Program-made: the position numbers and the translations under genes
Origin: Polymyxa betae A26-41
Lineage: Eukaryota; Protista; Endomyxa: Phytomyxea
Length of the DNA: 64,000 nucleotides
Assembly: GCA_003693705.1 (NCBI GenBank)
Contig: RBZT01000441.1
Location: 1-64,000, forward strand
Direction: 5' to 3'
The notes under the pieces: model-generated
Database searches by the model: none
The model's input: only the letters and a program-made list of their open reading frames with translations
Told to the model about the DNA's origin: nothing
Shown here: positions 41,065-54,270 of the stretch, one piece after another
Layout of the letters: every line of letters begins with the position of its first letter
Numbering within the stretch: the stretch's first letter is position 1

Positions 41065-42227
41065 TCAAATCGATGAAGACGGTTTCCCTATCAGGGCTAA
41101 TACATTGTTAGGGTCAGGGGACAATTCGGAATCCTGCAAATGGCTCTCAAATTTCACGACGAATTCTTGAGCCTTCTTGTGGATCATGGTCTTAATCAGA
41201 GCTTGCAGTGAACTTCGCAGCATTCCGACCGAATCGGAAACTTGATAACAGACCTTCCTGGTCATGCAGGTCCAATCCGGATTTGATCGGTCTCTCTGGA
41301 TCTCGCATATGTCCATAACAGTGACGTAATTCCTCGACGAGATATTACATGAATGAACACGAAATGTCAGATTTTCTGGGTTCCAGACCGAGCGCTCACT
41401 AATCTCGACATCGGATACGCCACCCAGCGCCGATCTCACGAAGTAGGGAGGGTTGAATTGAAGTCGCACGGCCCGTTGAATGAGATGATCTGCGGCGAGC
41501 GATACCTTGTTATCGATCAGCTCAGCAGTGAGCTTGGGCATATAATCGCTGCCGAAGAACGTCCAGTAGTTATGCACTGCTGAACAGATATCAACCTTGA
41601 ATGTAGCCGATACTGGTCCAATCCAATGATATGTGTTAGAAGGCAAAGGAGGAGGACGTCCCAGAAACAGAACTGGAATCCGACTGGTGCTATCCCCGTC
41701 TATATCGGGTTTGTCACTGGATGAAGGCAATTTCAACGGTGTCCGAATTGCAGCGCTTGTTGAATGGGGCTTGTCGTCTTCCAATTCGGACACTGATGGT
41801 AAGGAGACGCCGACAGATCGTAAGGACATCCAGACCATCACCATATGAATCATAACTATGATATCGACAAATTAATGGAAACGTTCCTTGATAAGGAGCT
41901 AATAAATATACCTAAAAGCTGTGAGTCTCCTGGTGATACGATCCAGGCTAACAGTATGGAGATGACGAGTATCAGAAATTCGAACAGCACTCTCACAAGC
42001 GATAAATCGTCTGGTATTCGTGGCCTAAGCACAAGATGTGTTGTCCGTTGAGCGCTAACAGAGCCTGATTCTGCTTCATTGTGGTTTCCAACCAACGAAA
42101 CCGAGTCGGCTGAATCCTGGGCGGAGGAATGATGCGGACGTCGGCGTCGTCGACGCAACTCTCGGAAACCGACGAATCCGATTACGCCTCCAACCGCAGT
42201 CAAGAACATGACCGCCAGCGGTCTCAT
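41065..42227 (-). CDS. Membrane-anchored PRELI/MSF1-domain protein
   Basis: Hydrophobic N-terminal segments, an intron at about 41857-41911 joining the ORFs, and C-terminal ISERSVWNP...FRVHSCNISSRNYVTVMDICEIQRDRSNPDWT (PRELI-like). Confidence 0.7.
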
Positions 42228-42451
42228 CGTTATCGGAGTGGTTGTTTAAGTGGAGAACTGTCAAGCTGTCTTCGAAACCCTCCGTTCCGGACATTCAAAT
42301 CTCCAACGCACTTAATGAAACAGCGTAGCAGTTCTGGCAAAGAGCAGTAGAAAAAGTGCTGGAAAGCGGCGCAGTTTTACCGGTACAAAGCTGAGCGAAC
42401 TCACTTGTTTAATCTTCATTAGAACAGGGTCGGCATTTTGATCGCCCCAGG

Positions 42452-43546
42452 ATGGCTTCTGCTAGCGCCAAAGGAATCGCTGCTCATTACGATAAGATTG
42501 CACAAGCAGGACATGGTCGAAATCGCCGATCCGAGGTTGTAACGATCGCTTATGAACTCTCCTGATCTGAACCTAATCTAGAACGATTGTGCTCACCTTC
42601 GTAAACTGAATAACTGGGTGAAATCTGTACAGATTATTAACTTGGTCAAGAACGGCGATTGTGTATTGGATTATTGCTCTGGGAAAGGTGGTGACCTCGG
42701 GAAATATGCTAAAAGGAGCATCGGGTGTGTTCAAGTGTCGACTCCTTATTTCAGCTTATTTCTTTAATCAGATACTATGTCGGCTGCGACATATCGTATG
42801 AATCTGCTAAAGAAGCTGTTAAAAGATATAACAGTTTCAATCCATCTTTCGGGGCCCTGCTTCTAACCGGCGATGGCTTTTCTATGGATCTCAATAGCGT
42901 CCTGCCGAGTGATATTCGCTTCAATGCCGTCTCTTGTCAATTCTCTCTACATTATGCGTTCGAATCTGAGCAACGAGTACGTTGCTGTCTTCGAAATGTT
43001 TCGTGTCGCCTGGTCCCTGGTGGCTACTTCTTCGGAACTCTTCCCGATTCCAACGTGATTGTCAGCCGTATGCGGGCTAAACGATCAACTAACCCTAAAG
43101 CACGATCGTTTGGGAACGATTTTTTCAAAATCAGTATTGAAGACCCGGAAGCCTTCGACAAAGGTCGGATCCTGAAATCAAATCCATTCGGACATCAGTA
43201 TCTATTCGATCTAAATGATGCTGTTAACTCCTGTTCTGAATGGTTGGTGCCTAAGAGCGTCTTGGTCGCCATGGCCCAAGAGTATGGCCTGGAGCTCGTC
43301 TACTGGAAGAATCTGCACCAGTTCTTCGTGTTGCATTCATCGGCACCGGATCGCCCGGAAACTTTCGCTCTACTGAACCAAATGAAGGTCGCCGATAAGG
43401 ATGGGCATATTCCATTGCAGGAATTCAACATCGCAGGGCTATACGTGGCATTCGCGTTTAGGAAGATTGGTCAGGAAAATTCCGAATCTTCGCGAATTAG
43501 GAAGCCTTTCTGTGCTCTTTCTGTAAATGATATTATACAAGTTTGA
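42452..43546 (+). CDS. ABD1: mRNA cap guanine-N7 methyltransferase
   Basis: Motifs IAAHYD, LRKLNNWVKS, VLDYCSGKGGDLGK, VSCQFSLHYAFESE and GGYFFGTLPD. Confidence 0.95.
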
Positions 43547-43825
43547 TGTTGTTTGCCCAGCTTCTTTTTATTATATAACGTCGCCCGTCGTGATATCCAG
43601 ACATCGTTTTGCAACACAAAAAATCTCACAGCTAAACAAGTGCGCGGTAAAAAAATCACATTTCACTCCAGTATCTTCCTCTGGTATTTTTCGCAGGTTT
43701 TGTTACTTTTATCAACTGGCAACTGCGCTTACTTCTACCACCGGTACTTTTTCCATGGTCTCGTCGTCTCGAGCTAGATAGAGGTCGACGTAAGCTCTGC
43801 TCACACTGCTAAAGCTTTCCGCCAC

Positions 43826-44264
43826 ATGGGCAACTCGACGTCGGTTGATGCCGACGCCGATGATGTGAACAAGAAAAAATCAGCAGCCGCTGGTGCGGAC
43901 GACCCCAATGGCAGTCTGTTTGGGAAAATCTACGACAGCGTCGTGGATGGTCTCAGCAAAGCAACAGGATTTTTAGGCGGTGAAGATCGGGACTCGTTAA
44001 CCAACCAATCGTAGGTAATGTTTTCAGTAGATATTCACTGTTAATAATGCTGAACTGTTTAGACATCGTAAACGAAAACGCAGAAGACCATCAGGGTCAG
44101 GTGTTGGCCAAATACTTCGAGACGATCCTCTACAACAGAGCCATGCCCAAGGTATTCCAGATAATCGCATCTACGATAGCGATGGTGATGCCGCTGACGA
44201 ATTCTATGTGGTCGATCCGTCCGATAATGTATGCAAAAGAAAGTACCCGACCGCAGCATACTAA
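43826..44264 (+). CDS. Small hypothetical protein with N-myristoylation motif and NLS
   Basis: Starts MGNSTS. Intron 44011-44062 gives ...NQSHRKRKRRRPSG...KYPTAAY*. Confidence 0.6.
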
Positions 44265-44725
44265 ACATACTTTTGTAAACGTCATGGCCTGACTTACATT
44301 CATATCTCCTTCTGTATCTATTATCAATACTAATTTCTTTGACATTCTGTAAAACCATCTTCAATACAAGCTTGGCGTTGTGTTAGATCGCCAAGGATCA
44401 TCAGAAATAAACTCATCTTTGAGCAAGTCCGCACGCAGGCTTCTCATCATCGGCACGTTTTGCGGCCAAGTCTGTGCGCCGTCCGAAAAATAACCGAGAC
44501 CATCAGCGATTTCGCTGAATCCTCTTGACCTGCCCGAGTCGAATCAACAAAACATAACGCTCTGGTGCTTGACGTTGACATTCCTATATCATGGCATAAC
44601 TGACGTTATCCTGCTTGTATTGGCAAAAATGTAGTAAAGCTTCAGTTGTCTTTAAGCGGGAAATGTTTCTTAGCCAATGACAATGTGAGCTAGCAATCGG
44701 TGACGGCCATCACATGATAGGACCA

Positions 44726-45631
44726 TCATTGCTCTAAACCATTTATATAAAGAATAAATATCAATCTAACAATATAGCAGATCATTGACGCGAGCTGTTG
44801 CGAGAAGATGGGATCAAGCGACGCCCTGCCATAGCAACAATGAGCTAAAATCCCATACAGAATAGAAGAACCCATTACCTGAGTCATTGTCTGTCTTAGA
44901 CATGATTGGCATTGATCTGACGGTTGCTGTAAAGCACAGACACACCTGAGATTTGGTATCCACAGGTCAAACGCATCATGCGACTCCTCCCCGAACTCCA
45001 GCGTCGTGCTGATCCTTGCGCGTTTCGCCTCTCGATTCTCATCACATTCTTTGTCGTCATCGTCGGTCTTCACTCGCTGTCGAATCACGACCCCGTTCCG
45101 AATACAGAATGGCACCTGTTCGCTGATCTGTTCGCCACAGCGCAGGCCCTGGGACCGGACGACGACCTCGACCGATGGCCGCCTCAGACGACGTCGATCG
45201 TGCTTGATCGGTGTCAGCGGTGCGATTCGCGTCTCAATGCAGTGCGAGCTGAAGATGGGCGACGACGTCAGCATGATGGTATGGGGCGAATACGTTAGGC
45301 GCGGCATCGTCGTGATGCAAGATGGGGGCGTCTGAGGCTTGCATTCGTCTTCATCGCCGTCGTCGTCGTCGTCGCGACTATCTTGCCGGGCGGGTGAATC
45401 GGCGTTGACAGCGGCTCGGACCAGGTCGTTGATGGACGGCATCGAGGTCGGCGGCCATAAACCGGTATGATCGGGAGGAGAGGCGATACGTTCGGCAGGG
45501 ACCGGTACGACAACGACGGGCGTCGGGGGTTTCGCCGACAGATTCGTTCCAGCCGACCGAGACAGCACGTATAGGGGTCGCCGCTTGGTGCGGATATCGA
45601 CGTCCGGGCCCGGACCTTGAAGGACGCACAA
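44726..45631 (-). CDS. Hypothetical low-complexity (Pro/acidic) protein; probably extends beyond both ends via introns
   Basis: 301-aa GC-rich ORF; no family recognised. Confidence 0.5.
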   Translation of the reverse strand: MCVLQGPGPDVDIRTKRRPLYVLSRSAGTNLSAKPPTPVVVVPVPAERIASPPDHTGLWPPTSMPSINDLVRAAVNADSPARQDSRDDDDDGDEDECKPQTPPSCITTMPRLTYSPHTIMLTSSPIFSSHCIETRIAPLTPIKHDRRRLRRPSVEVVVRSQGLRCGEQISEQVPFCIRNGVVIRQRVKTDDDDKECDENREAKRARISTTLEFGEESHDAFDLWIPNLRCVCALQQPSDQCQSCLRQTMTQVMGSSILYGILAHCCYGRASLDPIFSQQLASMICYIVRLIFILYINGLEQ

Positions 45632-45805
45632 TCTGTTTGGGGGTTCGTTGGTATCGGGTCCGGGACTTTATACCAGCCACCATCCGGTGTCCAGCATTCA
45701 TGTCGTTTAGCTGCTGGTGCAATGTTTGGATGAAGCATCAAGACCCTCTATCAGATGCTCTAGTTCAACTATGCGACCAGTATTCAGATATGGTGAATTT
45801 GCGCT

Positions 45806-47098
45806 TTAATAAATGGGCATTTCTGGATCGACAGCTTTCGACCATTGAGTTAATCCACCTTGAACATTAACTACAGATCGTACTCCAGCACGTTGAAGAC
45901 ACAAGGTTGCCTTCTGCGATAGGAATCCTCTCCTACATATACAATAGATAGTACGACCATCTTCAACAAGCTCCTGCTGCATCTTCACATCTGCTTGCAG
46001 TGATTTCAAAGGGATGTTTCGGGCTCCATTCAGTGAGCAGATCTCGAACTGATGCGGATCACGAACATCCAGAATAATGATTCCAGGTCGGGATCTCTGT
46101 TTTTCAAATTCCTCCACTGTTACATGCTCGATCTCCTCACGTACAGCAGTCGAACATGAGACCGCCGTCACCGTCATCGGTGATGTGATCGTTGGTGTAT
46201 CACCACAAACAGCACAGTTCGGGTCACGTCCTCTCAGTCGTACGACCCGCGACGTCATACTGGCTCCATCGAACAGCAGCCATCTGCCTATCAATGGCTC
46301 TCCAACACCAGCGACAACTTTCATAACTTCTAGAGCCTGTAGTGTTCCTATGATCCCAGGAATGGGCCCCAACACCCCAGCACTATTACAATCGCCAACA
46401 GCACCGGGAGGCGGTGGTACTGGAAACACACATCGATAGCAGCACGATCCAGGCCACCTGTATAAAACCAATTCAAACAGCGATCATCGCAGGCAAGGCC
46501 GTACCGACCCATAGACGGTCAGCTGGCCCTCGAGACCCAAAGCACTGCCGCATACGATCGGCTTCTTTGTCAGAACGCCGACATCGTTAATCAGGTACCG
46601 TGTGGCGACATTATCGGTGGCGTCCACCAGAACTATAAGGAGCGCTTATTGATGATAATCACGGGAGCCGATCCTAGAAAACATACCATCGTAATCGGAG
46701 ACCAGATCGAGGGCGTTATCGGCGTCGAAACGGACGCAATAGGCGCGGATGTCGACGAGCGGGTTTCGGTCCAGGGCGGCGCGGCGCAGAGACTCGGCCT
46801 TAGGCGTGCCGACACGGTCATGACGATGTGCGACCTGGCGATGGAGGTTGGAGACCTCGACGAGATCATGGTCGACGACCCCAATACGTCCGACCCCAGC
46901 ACCAGCTAGATAGAGAACTGCTGGACAGCCGAGACCACCCGCTCCTATAACAAGAACCCTAGACTGGGAGAGACGGGACTGGGCCCCAGGACCCCAACAC
47001 CCCAACACCATCTGGCGACCATATCTCTCGATTTCGTCATTCGTCAAAGGACATTGACGGAACCCAGAGCGGGCGTCGGAGTCGCTGTCGCCCGGCAT
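45806..47098 (-). CDS. UBA4: Adenylyltransferase/sulfurtransferase Uba4/MOCS3 (ThiF plus rhodanese)
   Basis: Motifs [31 protein letters not shown] and [17 protein letters not shown], with rhodanese CRRG. Confidence 0.96.
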
Positions 47099-48241
47099 CG
47101 GAAACGCTGTGATGGCGGCGGTCTTCTGACCTGTTCGGCGATTCGCAATTGCCCGGACCGGGCTGGAAATCGGTGACCCCGGTGTTGCTGCACATTTATG
47201 TTAGTGGATTTGTCTTGGGGGGTTAAGCATTTCGACATTTTTAGACCGTTTCTTGGCAATTTTACTCGAAATCATATTTGATCCGACTCCGCTGGATATC
47301 GATAATTGGTATTAACCGATATAAACTTGCCGCAATGCTTTGAAATAACTTAGATTGAAGAGAAGGGATTTTAAACCCTCTCTCCATTTGATATTGCAAT
47401 TTTTCTGCTCATCTAACGCTCTGGAATTGTGGCCTGTTCTGGACATTCTGTCTCAATATCCGAGCATGGATTCGTTGGGGAACGAATAAGAGGCATTGGA
47501 GAGGTCAGTTGGTGAATGAGTCACTCTATCCACCGTAGATTGCACATGAGCATCGTTATAAAGATCTGATGTGCTGTTAATAGCTTTGCCGGAATGCCAG
47601 AAACGGCCTTATGCTGATGGTGGCAAGCTCCGCTTGTTCGATTATTCAACGAACTAAACGATTCCATTCCATTGATTCCATCGAAATCCAAACGAATCGG
47701 TCTAGATTAGCAGCTCAAAACCGGTTGGAAGATGATATGGGCTAATCAATTCTGGTCCATCTGAACAACTGAAACAGAAAGATTTGATCTGCAATGGTAA
47801 TGACACCATAGTGAAAATCCAGGTTAAAATGGAATCTATGAGCAGATTTGATTTGACTCTATCATACTAACGATTATCTACTATTTAAAATGACTATTTC
47901 ATTCGTATCGGGCTGATAACTATAAACCGCAAGCGATTGACGGCTTCCTGCTCGACAGCAGATGAAACGGCGAGACTTTTCCTCAGAAATTAGGTTTGGA
48001 CGATCAAGATGAACATTCGCACGTGACAGGCATCGTCTTCATGTATCAATTTCAGGCCAAATCCAACAGCAAAAAGATAACCAAGACAAGATTCAACAAG
48101 ATGATGAATACGTGATGAATTTACTTACATATATCATCATTAAGAAGGATTCTGAAGGGATCGCATAGAGCCTCCTTCATGACACAGCTCTGCTATCATA
48201 TGCGGACATGATGGCGGGGGGCAGCACGACCACGCCCGAGT

Positions 48242-49931
48242 TCATAATGGCGTCTCTAAATATCTGTACATAATATCATAGACAACATACGAGATACTGA
48301 TCGACGGTAACGCCTTCACCAATCACACAATCAGCGACCCGCAATAGCAGCGCGGTGGACCATCACGCCCCGAACTAACCTTGCAGAAGTTGGGTTGTAG
48401 ACCGCGATAGAGACCCCGATATCCATCCTGACGTATAGTCTGTGTGAAACAGTCTACAATCCCATCATATCGTATAGGTCGGTTCGGCATTCCTTGCGAT
48501 TGTAATCGAGTCCGTATTAGCTGGAATGGATACCTACAATGTATAACGAATCAGCAGATGAAACGGATCGGTAACCAGTCCATACGCGACCATCTGTCCA
48601 CATGTACTGGATACAGCTCCAAATCCAAGTAGCTGTAATGCTGATGGATTATGATGGGGATATGTCTCCTCCCATGTACGTCGAAAGAATGCAAATAGCG
48701 ACAGATCAACTCCAGCATATGGTATGATACCAATTGTAGCAGCACCAAGACCCCTATAGAATCCCATAGGACCACATACTGTCCATATTGATGCAGCACA
48801 CGCTCTCAGGCCTTGGTACTGCCCTTTCCGGGACAGGGCGAAATGCGTCTTAATCGTTTCCAGCGGCTGTCGACCTGGTCAGACCATGGCTCTGATTATG
48901 CATACAGTTCTATTACGTACATAGACGACAGTTTGACTAATAGTACCAGCGACAGCGCCAACTGAGAATTGTTCTGCTACAGATCGGGACTCGTCCAGGC
49001 TGAATCCACCAAGACTGTCAAACGCGTACATCTGCCATCATGATCTTAGTCGGAGAGCGAGAGGGACGGGAATACCGGCCCCTCGGCCCGCTATATGATG
49101 ATACATTGGCAGCACCTACTTTGATGGCGTTCTCAGGGCATACTTTGATCACTACGAGATCCAATGAGATTCAGAGAACCCTAAACCCTAGCCCTTACCG
49201 TTGGCGAGATTGCCGCGGAACAGGCCGCGAACGCCGCCCTCGCGATAGATGCGAGCGAAGCTGGCGCTGAGAGAGGCCCGCGATGTCAATGGTGACACCT
49301 CGGCCTGCAGGATCAGCTTGAGACGGTCGAGCGGCGCCGTCACCGTCCTCGATATGATACCGGCAACAGCACCGGCGATCAGGGCGCTGGAGGCGAAGGC
49401 GACACAACGGGCCGGCTGCTGCGGGATCATGGACGACGCCTCGCCGAGATCACAGAGAGACGCCCGATCCCAGTTCTGGAACAGATCGGCGACCGATGAC
49501 GACGGCAGTAGAAGCAGTGCCGAATAGAACTCCTCGAACGTGATGTGATGATCGCCATCTCGATCGACCATCGTGATCAGACGATGAATCTTCCGTCGAT
49601 CAGCCTCAATCCCAACTCGACGTAGAGCTCGTCGAATGGTGTCGGGCGAGATCATATCAGTGCGATTCGTGTCGATCTGTCGGAACAGGTCATGCATGCG
49701 TCGTACTCGTTTCCGACAGAATGCCAGGAATGCTGCCCTGTCCATAGTACGTCCAGCTTCCATCATACGCTGGCATTGTTGCTGTCGTTGCGATTCGCTG
49801 AGACCGAGATCGGCCAAGGCTGCCTCGACCTCCTCCACCGTTAATATCCCATCACCATCACGATCTAATCGACAGAACACCTGATCCGATAACGACACAG
49901 CCAGACGATCGGGATCGGGCGGCGCCGTCAT
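48242..49931 (-). CDS. Calcium-binding mitochondrial ATP-Mg/Pi carrier (SCaMC/Sal1-type), multi-exon
   Basis: EF-hands DRDGDGILTVEE and DRDGDHHITFEEF, carrier motifs TAPLDRLK and GLFRGN; ends SISYVVYDIMYRYLETPL*. Confidence 0.92.
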
Positions 49932-50148
49932 CGGCACCAGGTCCGCATAGGTAGAATAGACAGGAACAGAGACGGGGAGCACCAGAGCCGTACTGGACCG
50001 TCGGGCCCCTGGACCTACTGGGGGCTGCTGCTCTGTATCGCTTCAACCGTACTTTGCGGTTTATGTCTCGAAGAACGTTCCGGGATGGGCCCCGACATTG
50101 TCGGAAGGCGGCGGCGACCTGTGATTCGATGGCAGACGGAGTCCGTCG

Positions 50149-51661
50149 ATGTCCGGAGAACGGGTCGTAGACGGCGGCGTCATGGAGAGGTTCCGGCTGG
50201 GTGCCATCCAGCGTGATCTGCACCGGGAACAGTTCACATTACTGAATCGGCTGCGATCCATTGATGACGACGCCGCCTTCGTCGATGAGTTCGTAGACGC
50301 ACATCCGAATCTGGCCGCCTTCGCCAATCTACGCCAGGGCGTCTGGTATGCGCCTATCACAGCCGCCCGCTGCTATTTTAAATCCACCGATGGGCATTAT
50401 GGCGCCTGGAAATTCAACCAGAATCGCACCAATCTGCATGTGGTGGAGGCGGCCGCACGATCCAATGGCGTCGTGATCATCGATGCAACCAGGCGCGGGA
50501 AGCGATATCCAGATAGTCTGACCCGAACGATTCCGATCTGGGCCGCTGTCATTAATCGCTATATTCATCGCCTGTATAAACGACCTGATTGGGATATTGA
50601 CCTGCATATGCATCCGTCGATATCCCCATCTGAACATAGTCAGGTCAGACAACCCACAGCTTGTCTTCACATGGTTTGCGCAATTCCAATATCTGAATCT
50701 TCGCTTTTTTCAAAATACTGCGCGCAATTTTCCACTTTTTTGTCGAGTTTTTTTGAATGCTTTTTTTTCCAATAGCCAATAGGTCGATTCCATTGTGGAT
50801 GAATTCGTCAGCGATCTGTGCCAATCCACAGCCGATCTCGGGGTGTTGGCACTGCTGGAACGACCCCTGCGTCCTGTCTGGGTCGATCGGCGTTCGGCGA
50901 CGTACTGGACCGCGCTGGACGACAAGTATATCCCGATCGTGTGCTTATCGTGCAGTCGCAACGAGGACGACGTCCTTCGTGATAGCCGTCGCGGCTGGCA
51001 TTATATTCAGGGCGCTGCCGATGACGAAGAGAATTGGGCCGGGCCTGTAACATCTGCCGTCTTCGCTCGAAACCGTGCCCGTTTCGTGGGCGCCTCCGAC
51101 GACGACGAATGCCGGCGGATCGCGCTCGACGCCCGCCTGGACCACGACTTGGATCGCTCCCGGGTCGTGCTAGCCGATACCGGCATCGCGATCGTCTCCG
51201 ACCTTGACGATCTTACGAGGGCGGCCATCGTTATTTCGACCGCCACGCCGCCGGCCCCCAATCGACTCGCCGTCGAGATCGTCGATTCGAAGACCGATAA
51301 GACATCATTAGAGCGCGCCCTGCCCGCCATCCTCTTGTTCTACAGATCGTTGCTGGAGACTACACTGGCCGGGTCCGTCCCTGATCTGGTTGTTGTTGGA
51401 GACAGAACTCTATCTGTTGTGGTGATCACATCTATCATAGCTGTGTACTTCACTATAGATGATGATACACTGAGGCTGCGCTCGCAATGCGGCCTCTCCC
51501 ATCACCATGTAACAAAACAGCTATTAAGAAGATCATTACAGATAGTACAGAGATATACTCCAGATATATATCCATCACGTCTATTAATGCAACAATTGAA
51601 TCGATATTTCATGTCCCCGAATACATCCAGTAATAAAACGAATCCATCTGCGATTGCGTGA
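50149..51661 (+). CDS. RIT1: Initiator tRNA A64 2'-O-ribosylphosphate transferase
   Basis: Motifs ANLRQGVWY, YFKSTDGH, IIDATRRGKRYPDSL..TIPIWAAVINR and YIQGAADDEENW. Intron 50644-50782. Confidence 0.93.
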
Positions 51662-51760
51662 ATCTGCGAAAGACGAATCAATTCGGAGTGCGCGGTCGTT
51701 GGGCGGCGTCTTGTCGATCACGAACGTCATCGGGGGTAGGCAGCCCAGTCTCCGCCCGTC

Positions 51761-52675
51761 ATGTTCATCGAGGTTGATGTATCTGACCATGTCCGTGTAC
51801 CTGCAGCATGCATCATAAATGATGTTACCACACCTGTACTCATGTCGTTACAAGAGAAGTGAGCAACGAAAATGTTTCCGATAATCGGCCGGTTTTTCGT
51901 TTCGCGTTTCCGCTGCTCTTTGTTTTACTCGATTTCGTGTTTCTTGTACCGTACTGGCCCTCGTGTCTCGTTACTGATGGTTTGATGTTACAGATATGGT
52001 AACCGTGTATTACGTGACCAAGGTCTATGTATATGTATACGTCATATATCTGATATTGGAGATCCATTTCTATATCCGGGCGATAGTGGAGCGTTTCTAC
52101 GCGTACAGTTCAGTCTCGTACTGTTCCGTCCGGTTGTGTTTGAGGTTCTCGTCGGGCGGGTACGGCACAGTGACGCATCCGGCGTACTGGTGTCGTTCGG
52201 GTTCACGGAAGACGTGTTCATCGCCAAGGATCAGCTCCCGGATCCCTCCGTCTTGTATGCAGTTTTGCCTAGGGTTTAGGGTTTAGGGATTGACACGTTT
52301 TCTGGCAGCGATGAAGACGAACAGCTCTGGTATTGGAAGTACCTGGATAACCAGATGTACATCGATATCGGTGAAGAGATCCGGTTCCGGGTCGTCTCGA
52401 TCCAATATGGAGACGGACGAGCGACGGCAACGGCGTCGCCTGGCAGCGGCGCGGATCCAGCACGACCCGTCACGCTGATGGCCGATCTTCGCCCGACCAT
52501 GCGCGTCCTGGTAGGACGGCGCCGAGATCGATGACGCCCCATCCTGATTCTGTTATAGGGATCGATTGCTGAAGATGGTCTGGGCCTTGTGAGATGGTGG
52601 CAGCAGAACGATGACGACGACGACGCCGATCCAGAGCGGGATCAGGAGCCCGATGCCGACCCAGACCAGCTGTGA
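51761..52675 (+). CDS. RPC25: RNA polymerase III subunit RPC25/RPC8 (missed by the ORF track because of introns)
   Basis: Spliced product reads MFIEVDVSDHVRVP...KYGNRVLRDQGLCI...LFRPVVFEVLVG...EQLWYW...EIRFRV...EDGLGLVRWW. Introns at 51859-51993, 52255-52308 and about 52511-52558. Confidence 0.92.
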
Positions 52676-53112
52676 GGCGATCAAGGGTTCGCCAACCTGG
52701 CCACGCCTAAAAGCAGCCGGGCCATACTGACTCATCGGCTAAAGACGACCTGGCTGTTCGGGCTTTTAATTGTGTAGTTTATTATCTATTTACATTGTCA
52801 TAATCTGATCGTGTTTCGTGTATATCGATGTGATTCGTGTCATGGTCCTTTCTGGATCCAGTTACAATCTCGTCAATGCTGTTAATGATAGATGTGATAG
52901 CTATGCTTGGTGCTATTGAGAATGCCTATTGAGGCGGTCACCCAGCTGACCCTGAATCCTTCTTAAATATTCCTATCGAACCATGGAGAGATCGATGTCC
53001 TCCTGATCAGCATTCGACTTCAAAATTTCGAAAGAACTTGTTTAGTTGGTCTTCTGATAGTTTCTGATAGTGCGTTATGTTGTATAATAATCAGTATTAA
53101 CAAGGTCGGGTG

Positions 53113-54240
53113 ATGTCGTTGGTCGAGTCGGATTCTATCAGCATCAGGACCTTCCTTCACCAAACATACGATGGATTCCAGGCTGGTTTGAACCCGACCC
53201 AATGCATCCTGGTCCTGGGCAATGAATCCTTCGATCTCGATTCCTGTGTCTCAACTCTGCTATTAGCCAGGTCTCTATGTCGGTCTCAGACCAAGATCCC
53301 ATTACCCATCATGAACTGTCATCGAGCTGATTTTCGCCTTCGTCCGGATATCGTCTTAATTCTGAGACGGATCGCGATCGACTCGTCTTTCTTGCTGTGT
53401 ATCGACGACCTCTCCCCTGAATTCCTATCGAATATCGGCAGCATCGCTCTGGTCGATCATAATCGTTTATCGATCAAGCAGGAATGGCTATCGCCTTATG
53501 TTCAGATGATCTTCGATCATCATCGTGACGAAGGCGGCTTCTTACATGCCAATCCCAGACATGTTCAGACGTGTGCAAGCGCTGCTACGGTTGTTGCCAT
53601 TCATGCGTTCGATGCCAACCAGTTCCAAGATGCTGATTTGGCTTTCCTGATTCTGTCCACGATTGTAGCAGATTCGAACAATTTCTGTCCGATCCTGAAG
53701 CGCATCACCGATTCAGATCGGCACGTTTTACAGCGAATTTCTGCCTCCACCAAACACATCGATCGTGACCAGCTTCATGAGGCGATCAGATCGGCTCGAT
53801 CTGATGTGGGATCGTTAACCACATTGGAGCTGCTTCGACGAGATCTGAAAATCGTAGAGAAGGGCGGTATCCGAATCGCGATCTCGGTGATTCCAGAGCC
53901 CATCTCAAAATGGCATAAACGAGATCCATCATGGTATGATCATGTACAATCATTCTGCATACAGAGTTCATACAACTTCTCTATCGTTATGTCAACATAC
54001 AGCAATGCAGAGAAGGAGGGCAGACGTGAGATCGCCATTATCCATGATGATGGCGGACGGAATTTGGCGCTGGACTTCCAGCAGAGCTTGTTGGGACATG
54101 ACGAGCTCGGATTGATGCCGCTGCCTGAATTCAACGATTGCAATACTCGTGTGTTTCATCAGCAGAACTTGCAATATACTCGCAAGGCGATGATACCGAT
54201 TGTTCAGGAATGGCTTATAAATCAACAGGAATGTTTATAA
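53113..54240 (+). CDS. PPX1: Exopolyphosphatase PPX1/PRUNE (DHH-DHHA2)
   Basis: Motifs LGNESFDLDS, LVDHN, IFDHH and ELLRRDLK; intronless. Confidence 0.9.
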   Translation: MSLVESDSISIRTFLHQTYDGFQAGLNPTQCILVLGNESFDLDSCVSTLLLARSLCRSQTKIPLPIMNCHRADFRLRPDIVLILRRIAIDSSFLLCIDDLSPEFLSNIGSIALVDHNRLSIKQEWLSPYVQMIFDHHRDEGGFLHANPRHVQTCASAATVVAIHAFDANQFQDADLAFLILSTIVADSNNFCPILKRITDSDRHVLQRISASTKHIDRDQLHEAIRSARSDVGSLTTLELLRRDLKIVEKGGIRIAISVIPEPISKWHKRDPSWYDHVQSFCIQSSYNFSIVMSTYSNAEKEGRREIAIIHDDGGRNLALDFQQSLLGHDELGLMPLPEFNDCNTRVFHQQNLQYTRKAMIPIVQEWLINQQECL

Positions 54241-54270
54241 CAATTCGTTCCATGATGAGTTTCATTCAGC

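Noticed and set aside
47280-48200. About 0.9 kb spacer as a possible ribozyme, ncRNA or pseudogene
   Set aside because: No CUGANGA/GAAA core with proper stems and no coherent reading frame.
52269-52288. True telomere or chromosome fusion scar
   Set aside because: Only about 3 units, and they lie inside a normal RPC25 intron.
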